Assembly (NCBI GenBank): GCA_000091205.1
Contig: AP006495.2
DNA: 64,000 nt
Direction: 5' to 3' (one strand)
From: Cyanidioschyzon merolae
Lineage: Eukaryota
This document shows positions 55,896 through 64,000 of this stretch, piece after piece. Numbering within the stretch: the first letter of the stretch is position 1; each line of letters starts with the position of its first letter. The position numbers and the translations under genes are program-made. The notes beneath the pieces are model-generated. The model searched no databases and was not told where the DNA came from. It saw only the letters and a program-made list of their open reading frames with translations.

Positions 55896-57200
55896 ATGAG
55901 TGTGGCGGGAACGCCTCAGTTCAGCGAACTGAGCGAGGAGAACCAGAACAGCGGTGATGGTTTGGCAAAAAAGTCGCCGAATGGTCTAGAAATGACCAAA
56001 ACGAGCTTTGCGTCAGAGAAGGATACCGGAGCGAGTTGGATGAGCAGCACTGGCTCGCGGGCAACAACCCACCTTGAGTGTTTCGAGTTTTTCGTTGACG
56101 GAAATAGGAAACTTCGAAGCATAAGCCGCTTAGAGCTTCTCCGACGGGCGCGGGAGGCGAGCGCTGACCAACAAGTGGTCGCTGACGTCACTGGTCTATC
56201 CGGAATGTCTGAAGCAGCAGTGCTGGCTGCTGTCGGTATTGATGCTCAGCGGCCGGGCGAGGAGCCTCTCGGCAAGAAGGAGCGGAAGCGCATCCGCCGC
56301 TATTTGAAGGGGTTTCTACAACCACGCGACATCCGCCAGGTCGATCCCGCGTTTGATGCGAAACCAGCGATCTGGGTGCGGCGAAACGTCATCGTCTTTA
56401 GTTTGGAACATCTGCGGGCGTTGATATTTGCGGATGGGCTTCTCTTGTTCAATCCCTCGGAGCAGCGAGTTCAAGCAGCAGCGGAGTCACTGGAGAAGCG
56501 GCTGACTCTGAGCATCAGAAACGAGGACGCAGATCAGGAACCGTTCGAGTTCTGCGCTCTAGATGCGTTGTTGAGTCTCGTTCATGAATACATCGAGAGC
56601 GACCTGAGTGATTTCGAACCCAGCATGTACACGCTGCTGAACGAGCTCACCCATAAGCTGAGCGCGAAACGTCTCGAGCGCCTACGTGTCCTGAAACAGG
56701 ACCTCATGGCTCTTGTTACCCGAATGGATGGTGTGCGTGACGTGCTGCAGGCATTGCTTGAAGAAGACGAAGACATGTCCAGAATGTATCTGACGGATAT
56801 TGCCAGACATCCGAGCGTCACCCGATCACCACTTGATCACGAAGATGTCGAGCAACTGCTGGAATCCCATCTCTATCAGATCGAGGACGCACTGCGACGA
56901 ACGGATTTACTGGCTGCAGCGGTGGACCACACCGAGGATCTGGTGAATATCCAACTGGGGACTTTGCGAAACCGCTTACTCATGGTTGACGTGACACTAA
57001 ATATCATGGAGGCAGTGTTCACGGCAGTCGGTTTTCTGACCGGGCTCTTCACGATGAATCTACAGGCCCCATTTTTCAAGCTGGATAACGGAGGGACGCG
57101 CTGGTTTATCGTTGTGGTTGTGCTGAACTCCTCGTTTGCAATCGTAGCCGTGTTTCTGCTCATTCAATGGGCCCGCAGAGCGCGCTACCTAAATGGTTGA
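55896..57200 (+). CDS. Mrs2/CorA-family Mg2+ channel, paralog 2 (434 aa)
   Basis: GMN motif in FTAVGFLTGLFTMNLQAPFF followed by a second TM segment (WFIVVVVLNSSFAIVAVFLLI). Shares the upstream helices with paralog 1. Confidence 0.8.
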   Translation: MSVAGTPQFSELSEENQNSGDGLAKKSPNGLEMTKTSFASEKDTGASWMSSTGSRATTHLECFEFFVDGNRKLRSISRLELLRRAREASADQQVVADVTGLSGMSEAAVLAAVGIDAQRPGEEPLGKKERKRIRRYLKGFLQPRDIRQVDPAFDAKPAIWVRRNVIVFSLEHLRALIFADGLLLFNPSEQRVQAAAESLEKRLTLSIRNEDADQEPFEFCALDALLSLVHEYIESDLSDFEPSMYTLLNELTHKLSAKRLERLRVLKQDLMALVTRMDGVRDVLQALLEEDEDMSRMYLTDIARHPSVTRSPLDHEDVEQLLESHLYQIEDALRRTDLLAAAVDHTEDLVNIQLGTLRNRLLMVDVTLNIMEAVFTAVGFLTGLFTMNLQAPFFKLDNGGTRWFIVVVVLNSSFAIVAVFLLIQWARRARYLNG

Positions 57201-58269
57201 AGCGGCTCGTTGGCTACCAACTGCACCTTGGATCTGTCCTTGCGTGCTCTTTCATGCGCCACCGAACGACGTGTCAACTGTTTTTCGTGGAACCAGTGCG
57301 GTTTCTGCATGGCTCGCCCATGTGTACTGCTGTGAACTCCGGAAGGCGGCGCGAACGCTCCTGCGTCGAGGCCAGGCCAGAACATAGCCATGCCAAAATA
57401 AAAATGAACGGATCCTCTAACCAGGGCGCACTTACTGAAGTTTACGTCTCTGCTGAAAATCATCAGAACCAGCATTTGCGGGCTTCTGCCGCACCTGCTT
57501 TCTTTTCCGTTCGCATATCTGGGGCTCTCAATATACCGATGTCGATGACTGCTCTCCGTATAGCTCGCTTGTTGGTAGGCAAAGAATGTGTGACGGTGGC
57601 AACGTGCAAGTCGAGATTCGGTAGCCTTCGGCTGTTGTTGACACATTACATGCGAAGACGGAAATTTTCTACAGCTACGCTTCTCGTTCCATTTTCAGCT
57701 TCTTTACATTCGGCCTCGGTGCGGCGTTCGCTGCGGTGAAACCTGACCTTGGTCAGAGGTTCCCATAAATGTCAAGGACATTCCCTCCACCGAGCGCCTC
57801 CATATCGCCTGTGAACGCGTGCTCTATCGCTCGACATATACCTCTTATGGAGACAGAAGGCTCCCGTTGGTGCCCATCTTCGTTTCTGGCTTCGGCAGCG
57901 TTTCCTTGGATCACGAGCTCGTTCCTGAGACTCCCTGGGCGAGTGCCCTTTCCGTTGCACACGAAAGCAGACGTTGTTCCCATTCATCTGCGGATTTCTA
58001 GAACGCGATATTCCCCATGATGAAGCGAGTACCGGAAAGAGAATCCAGGGTGGAATTCGATATGAGCAATTTCGCTCCGTCTACGTGCCGTTCGTGCAAA
58101 GCGCTACGTACGCATCAATGGAAGGTATCGGTGGGATTATTGGCGTGCGGGTCCAGGACCCTTTTACATGCACACATTAGAGAGAAAAGCCTCTCAGAGC
58201 AGATTGCGTAAGCGGTATCATGTTGCTGCCGAATGCAACTCCGTCGATTGCCACATGGAGGCGATGATT

Positions 58270-58720
58270 TTTCTTTCAGAGAGAAATGAATAGTGGACGT
58301 GACAACTTCAGTGAACTTCAAGCATGAGCTTTTCAACAAGTCGTCAAGGGACGATCTCGAGTTTCTTGCTTCTTCATCAATCCAGCGGTGCGTATTGCTG
58401 CGCCCACGGTTTGCCTTGAAACAGAAACATCGAAAGCTTGAATTATGCATGGACTAGGCTCGCCATGCCTAAGGCTCAGAGCAGAATGGATGCTGATACA
58501 TATGCATTGGATCATGATATCGGTTATTTTAGGAAATCTTGTTCGAGAATAGCAAGAATCATCATGATTCCCGTTCCCTAACGAATTCCAGCGCTAAGTA
58601 TTCGAAGGCGCCACACGGCAAACACCATCGAGAATCCTGATTTTTTTGTGGAATCATAAACCCTTATTGATACATTCCAATGCTAGATGCTGTACAATTA
58701 AAAAATTGTGAAAAACTCGA
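58270..58720 (+). repeat. dispersed repeat family 1, copy between Mrs2 paralog 2 and MOCS3
   Basis: The stretch ccttgaaacagaaacatcgaaagcttga...ggatcatgatatcggttattttagg...atcgagaatcct...cccttattgatac...gctgtacaattaaaaaatt is colinear with the copy at 15860. Confidence 0.6.
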
Positions 58721-59183
58721 AAGACAGGAACAGAAAGAGCGGTTCAAGTTTCCATTTTTGTCTGTTGCAGTAGAGCACGGAACGCGCACCGCATGCTTCC
58801 ACGCGCAACACACGCCAGCTTCATGCAAAGAGCATTGCGCTTTATCAGCCGTTTATGATGTACGCGCTTCCAAATTACAAGGAAAATCCAGAGGTGTAGC
58901 TCAGAAGAGCGCTTGGCCGTCAGACTGGTATATTTCTGGATAGAAAGTTTCCGCAAGGCACCAAAATTTCCAGTATCCATGCGTCTATCCATGAGTATTC
59001 CTGGCACGCATACCAGCACCGTTGGTAACGGATCTCGTTTGATGGCACTCGAACAAGGCTTTCCACTGGGATCAGGTTTTCGATACCGATGACCCGCTTC
59101 TCCATGAGAGATCAGCAACACGGCGCGTCCACTAAACAGCTATCATCGGGGCGTTCGGCGCCGCTCTTCGAGACACTGGTCGG

Positions 59184-60803
59184 TTAGGTACTTCCGCCAG
59201 GAGGCTCACATTGGGCGAGCTGGGACGGCACTGCCGCATCACCTCGAGTCTGCGAGGTGACGTTCGCCCGGGAGCCGTCAGCGCTCTGCTGGAGCCGGAC
59301 AAGTGCCTCCATACCACCGGGAATATCTTCGACGTGCGTGTCAGGCCAGCTCAGGGCCTCGAGCATCCGCACCGCCCGGCGAGATTGAATACCCCTTCTG
59401 CAAACGATTCGAATCCGCTGACCCTGCAACTTCTCTCGTTGGTTCTCAATTGCTTCGGGCCATGAATGCATGGGAAAGTTCAGTGCACCGCGAATATGAC
59501 AGAGAGCGAACTGGTTAGCAGGACGAACGTCCACAACGACTGTTTCAGTCACGGACTGCTTGGACTGGGGTTCGCGTGCATCCCAACTCGGCCCCGAATG
59601 ATTGCTCGTTTCGTTTCTTTGATGCCGATGCCGGTACTCTAGTCTCGAATCAGCGGCTTCTCCAACGCTCTTTGTTCCTGTTTCGGCCGTCGCGCTGCGG
59701 CACAGCTCACATGCGCCTCGGTCGCCATGAAACGTATTGCGCTGCTGTGGAGTCGTTCGGCAAGCGTTTGACTCCAGCGTTTCGGATATGGAATGCGGCG
59801 CCGTGTTCAGCGGCGTCTCTGGCGAAACCATTTCGCTCTTCGTTCCGTGTTGCGCTAGCCATATTTCATCTCGCGTATGCGGGGAAGACTCGCTGGTGTC
59901 GTCTCCACGCAAGGCATCGATAGATGAAGAAGTTTTCGAGCGCATACCTGTATCATGCACCATTCGCGAGAGTTTCGGCGCAAATGTCGCACATACAGAA
60001 CATTTAGCAGTCTGCCTCGGACGAAGCTGCACAAGCCGAAAGCGGTAGCTCAGAGCGTCAAATAGCAGCATCCGACCAGCGAGCGGAAGACCTAGCGCGC
60101 CTATCTGTGACTGTACCAAAAGTACCCGAACGGCCTCTAGCGCTTGCAAGGTTCCGATCATCCCTGGCACCATGCCTAGCACGCCGTCTGTATCACAACT
60201 TCCCTGACACTCTGGTGGCGGGCATTCCGGAAAAATACAGCGGTAACACGGCCCATCGAGCCCGTAGTTTAATAGTGCAAGTTGTGCTTCGAGACCAACC
60301 GCTGCTGCACTGACCAAAGGTCGCTGTTCAGCAACGCAAGCATCGCTCACGGTATAACGCGTTTCGGCATTGTCTGAGCAGTCTAAGACAACGTCGTATT
60401 GTCTCACAACTTGCCTCGCGTTTTCGGTATCAATGCCGCAATCATGGAGCTGCACGTTCACGAGTGGATTCAGAGCTGCGATTGTCTTTGCCAGTGACGC
60501 TGTCTTTCGCTCCCCGACACGTTCTGTTGTATGCCCAATCTGACGGTGAAGGTTCGTGACATCCACAGTGTCTCGATCTGCAAGGCCAAGCGTGCCAATG
60601 CCGGCACCCGCGAGATAGAGCGCCGCTGGGCACCCGAGTCCTCCACAACCGACCACAAGCACCCTGGCGTCCTGCAACCGACGTTGTGCGAGCGGTCCAC
60701 CGAACTCGGGTAGGATGAGCTGCCTCGCGTACCGAGACACGGTTGCCTCGTCGGGATGAAAGACCAGAGGAGGCACCCCAAAAGATTCGATGAAGGCGTT
60801 CAT
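59184..60803 (-). CDS. MOCS3: adenylyltransferase and sulfurtransferase MOCS3/Uba4 (MoeB domain + C-terminal rhodanese domain)
   Basis: MoeB/ThiF region YARQLILPEFGGPLAQRRLQDARVLVVGCGGLGCPAALYLAGAGIG...DTVDVTNLHRQ with the zinc motif CYRCIFPECPPPEC...GVLG. The rhodanese domain VVVDVRPANQFALCHIRGALNFP carries the active-site loop CRRGIQSRRA. A low-complexity insertion sits in the linker. Confidence 0.9.
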   Translation of the reverse strand: MNAFIESFGVPPLVFHPDEATVSRYARQLILPEFGGPLAQRRLQDARVLVVGCGGLGCPAALYLAGAGIGTLGLADRDTVDVTNLHRQIGHTTERVGERKTASLAKTIAALNPLVNVQLHDCGIDTENARQVVRQYDVVLDCSDNAETRYTVSDACVAEQRPLVSAAAVGLEAQLALLNYGLDGPCYRCIFPECPPPECQGSCDTDGVLGMVPGMIGTLQALEAVRVLLVQSQIGALGLPLAGRMLLFDALSYRFRLVQLRPRQTAKCSVCATFAPKLSRMVHDTGMRSKTSSSIDALRGDDTSESSPHTRDEIWLAQHGTKSEMVSPETPLNTAPHSISETLESNACRTTPQQRNTFHGDRGACELCRSATAETGTKSVGEAADSRLEYRHRHQRNETSNHSGPSWDAREPQSKQSVTETVVVDVRPANQFALCHIRGALNFPMHSWPEAIENQREKLQGQRIRIVCRRGIQSRRAVRMLEALSWPDTHVEDIPGGMEALVRLQQSADGSRANVTSQTRGDAAVPSQLAQCEPPGGST

Positions 60804-62522
60804 TCCGCAAACCTCCCACCTATTCCGGACGTCTTCGTCTCAGAGCTCGTCCCTGTGCTTGAGCAATGGCAAGGTCGCGTTCCTGTAAGCGGTAGAGCGT
60901 CGGTGCGACTGGCGCCGTTTGCGCAGTTGCGGGCTCTGCAGGCGACAATGCGGTGCCTCGCACTGTATCGGTTTCTCTGGACCGCATCTATGTCTCGTGG
61001 CTCGCTAGGTTGCATGATTGACCGATACCCGAGTCTGACTTGAGCACCAACTATGTATAGAATACATAATTCAGCAACAGGATGTGCCGTACGGGCCACA
61101 TTTCATGGTACACGCGAACATTAAGTCGGCAGAGATCTGTGGATAAGCACCCGCGGCTACGCATAGAGCGATCGTCTCTTGAAGCGTGCATCGCTGGGGT
61201 CCGGAGTCAGCGCATAGCAAGTCGAGAGCGCACAGCGCAGCAGCTTCGACCGCCACGAAAGCCGGCAGGTACACGAAGCGACTCCATGGTGCACGGGCTC
61301 GATGGCAGGCTCCCAGGCTCAACCGGTTAGCTGCCCAACTCGGACCTCATGAGAGCAACGGATAGGTTGGGCGTAGGTTAGTTGTGAGCGCATGCGCAGA
61401 GTACGGTACCCGCAAGAGCAGGGGAAACCAGCACCACTTGTATCCGTTCTGCACCCGGTCGGGAGCGATGGACCGCTGCGGATAGCGCTCGCTCTGATGC
61501 CGACGCTCTGCAACGGAGCATATGCTTCGCAGCGAGCTGCGGAGTACAGACGGGTTTCGCTGCGGGTGCACTGTGGTGGCGGTTCAGTTGCGGATGCATG
61601 CATCCGGTAAGCAGGCGACATGTAGCCACTGGAGTATGCATTAATGGACTGGCTAGTCTTTAACCTGATTTTTGAGAGGACTGGTATGTTCTAGAAAGGT
61701 CTTCGAATGCTCACAGACACGCATTGATTGAATTCAGTTCATAAACCTGGTACCTCGAAAAAATTGACCCAAACAGAATACCGACATAGTGCGTGCGGGC
61801 GTGTTCCAAGAATGGTTATGGAATAGGCCGGCGCTCTTCCGTGAGATGACAATCACCACTGGGCCTAAGACAGGCTTCCGTTTCTTTCCGGTTGCAGAGG
61901 GACACGTGGCTGGATTCCCCTGGCTCCATACCGACATCCGCTCTCCGTCTGTTCTTTGGTGCACAGCGCGTGAGCCGCTACACAACGCGCGCCGTCGTTC
62001 ACTTGCGGTCGATGCATGCTTCGGCGCTGCTGCTGTGGATCCTCTGAGCTCTGGCCTGGACTCGTCATGCTGCGTAGAGCTGCCTTGAAGCATAAGCCTG
62101 ACGAATGAAGTCCATTGCGGTTGCAGACGCTTGCAGGCGCTTTTGCTGTGAAACTATCGGGTCTCGTTCACACGGAACATCGACGCAAGCTTGCCCGACT
62201 GTCACAGGCGTCCGGAATAGCGTCCATTATTCCGCACCGCACCACACCGCACCACACTGCATTGCACTTTGGAGATCCTCCTACTCACTAAAGCTGGCTG
62301 GACGCTTCTACATCCAGTCAGCGACTTGGGTGCAGATCACGCATGCTGATAGACGAGCACATCGTGCGCACGAGGTGTGGCTTCTCGGGATCCAAACCGC
62401 CAGACGATTGAAACATCTCCAAGTATCAGCGAAACACAGCACGACATCACGTTGCTTTACGTCATCATCTACGTCATAGCAATATACATGTCTGGAACAC
62501 AGGCGCTGGAAAGCGGCTGCTG

Positions 62523-63203
62523 ATGCCGCCCGGTGCTGTGCAGAGGCGCTGCGGGCGCCTCTCAGGCACCTCAAGGTGCAGGCGGCGACACGGGACTGAC
62601 GCACAGCAACTCGCCACGCGTCAACGGTGCTCGTGCGCTCGGAGGCCGTTGCGGCTCGTATGGTATAGAGCAGCGTCTATGCCGCGGCCGGGTAGCAAGC
62701 GAACTCACGGTAGACACTTGACAGCTAAACAAGAGTCCTTGTCGCATGATTATGAGCCAGTTCAGGTTCAAGCACAGCTAGAGGAGCGATACCGGGAACT
62801 AGACGCTTACGAAGCCGCGGAGTCGACGAGCCACGGCCTGCTCGCGTCCGCGGTGGCGACGTGTACGCTTTCCGACGACAGTGACGACGTTGCCGAACAA
62901 CAGGAGTTTCGACTCACGGAGGATGAAGTTGTAGAACAAGGTTTGGAGGAGCCCTCTGTCCAGAACTTTGACTACTGGTGGTGGTTGGCGGGGCTGCTTC
63001 CCTTGTTGGCGGAGGCTGGGCACCAGCCCCAGACGCCCGGCAACGTAAACTTCCGGCACCTCGGCGAGCGAGCCTGTCATGTCCTCAGCACACTGGCCGC
63101 AGATGAAGAGATAGAGAACTGTACGCTTTCACGTATTCTCGCACAGAGAACTGCCCGCGGGGCTGAGGAATCCTCCTCGCTGGATGCGTGGCTCGGAATC
63201 TGA
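62523..63203 (+). CDS. hypothetical acidic protein (226 aa), low confidence
   Basis: The ORF is convergent with the cullin gene, its stop lying 24 bp from the cullin stop. The C-terminal half is protein-like (acidic, with Trp residues) but no motif is recognised. Confidence 0.25.
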   Translation: MPPGAVQRRCGRLSGTSRCRRRHGTDAQQLATRQRCSCARRPLRLVWYRAASMPRPGSKRTHGRHLTAKQESLSHDYEPVQVQAQLEERYRELDAYEAAESTSHGLLASAVATCTLSDDSDDVAEQQEFRLTEDEVVEQGLEEPSVQNFDYWWWLAGLLPLLAEAGHQPQTPGNVNFRHLGERACHVLSTLAADEEIENCTLSRILAQRTARGAEESSSLDAWLGI

Positions 63204-63226
63204 CCAAAGCAACACACTGGGTACAC

Positions 63227-64000
63227 TCAGGGAATGTAGCGATAGACGGTGAGTTCGTCACTCTCTCGCGCAATGTACTCCCGTTCGAGAAGAGCTTCGA
63301 TCTCCCTCTTGACCTCGGCAACCGTCGGTACGAATCGGTTGTGCAACTCATCGATAACTTGGGCGACCAGCTGACTGTGCTCAAGTTCCTGTCGACGCTT
63401 GAGGATGCGCATGACGCATGCGGTGATCTCGGGACGGCGATCCCGCTCCAGCAGCTCCGATGAGCGCGCTGCTCGCTCGACGCCCGCATTCTCATCGACA
63501 TGGTCGGTGTCGGTGAGGTCTATGTCAAGCGTCGTACTTTGGAATGCTTTGTTCACTCGAAATACGTCGCGGTTGCAGATAACTGGACCGTTTGCAGCCC
63601 TTACCAAGATTGCATGTCTACTGTCGCAAAGTGCCCTCAAAGCTCGCATTAACTCTGGGGATAGGCCCGGGAACTGCAGCAGTCGGAGCATCTCTTGTAC
63701 AGTCAATGCCTCTGCATTGTTAAATAGGAGTAGAATGAGCATCTGCAACGAGGTCACTTTCAGTGAGAGCGCTGGACCCTCGTCGCTGAGCCGCATGCAG
63801 AGCTCGGCGCTCCCCTGATGGAGGAGCCACTGGAGCCGACGTTTCGCATGCCGCTCATGGTAGAATTTCTCGTATTCTTGCGTAATCTCGACCAACTCGG
63901 GATGACAAGCGGGTATCTGGGCAGTGGGTGCCTCAGCCACGGGCCAAATACCGTTCGTAATGACGCATACTTGGAGCATGGGTCGCGCGCGCGAACCATA
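63227..64000 (-). CDS. cullin, C-terminal cullin-homology/neddylation (winged-helix) region; 5' part of gene lies beyond window end
   Basis: ...LQMLILLLFNNAEALTVQEM...ITACVMRILKRRQELEHSQLVAQVIDELHNRFVPTVAEVKREIEALLEREYIARESDELTVYRYIP matches the cullin C-terminus (IDAAIVRIMKxRK...L...V...RF.P....IKKRIExLIxREYxxR......Y.Y.A). Confidence 0.85.
   Translation of the reverse strand, partial: YGSRARPMLQVCVITNGIWPVAEAPTAQIPACHPELVEITQEYEKFYHERHAKRRLQWLLHQGSAELCMRLSDEGPALSLKVTSLQMLILLLFNNAEALTVQEMLRLLQFPGLSPELMRALRALCDSRHAILVRAANGPVICNRDVFRVNKAFQSTTLDIDLTDTDHVDENAGVERAARSSELLERDRRPEITACVMRILKRRQELEHSQLVAQVIDELHNRFVPTVAEVKREIEALLEREYIARESDELTVYRYIP

Noticed and set aside
1-64000. Possibility that the window is bacterial or a bacterial contaminant, given the AlkB, YacP and ThiF-like genes
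   Set aside because: HECT, cullin, syntaxin 5, Pho88, Pol eta and eukaryote-type LysRS sit on the same contig, and the bacterial-like genes are interleaved with them with similar composition. The contig is eukaryotic, with a few genes of likely bacterial or endosymbiont ancestry.

Overview
This 64 kb window reads as nuclear DNA from an intron-poor, compact eukaryote. Long uninterrupted ORFs of eukaryote-only families (HECT E3, cullin, syntaxin 5, Pho88/SND2, DNA Pol eta, UBA3, MOCS3, class II LysRS) sit on both strands, roughly one gene per 3.5 kb, at about 52-54% GC. Homologs of ChlD, TerC and a KAS with a long presequence suggest a photosynthetic lineage, possibly a unicellular red alga, but that needs a database search. 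I support about 20 protein-coding genes (two partial at the window edges). Structures not explained by the genes are: an 11-copy 80-bp minisatellite between two head-to-head Mrs2/CorA paralogs, a near-identical 1.5 kb direct duplication flanking the TerC gene, and three dispersed repeat families, one with at least eight copies. Unusual genes include a bacterial-type AlkB alkane hydroxylase homolog, a thioredoxin-UBA-UBX fusion, a YacP-like NYN-domain protein, and a broken ORF pair next to a repeat that may be a decayed mobile element. No rRNA, confident tRNA or CRISPR array is visible.
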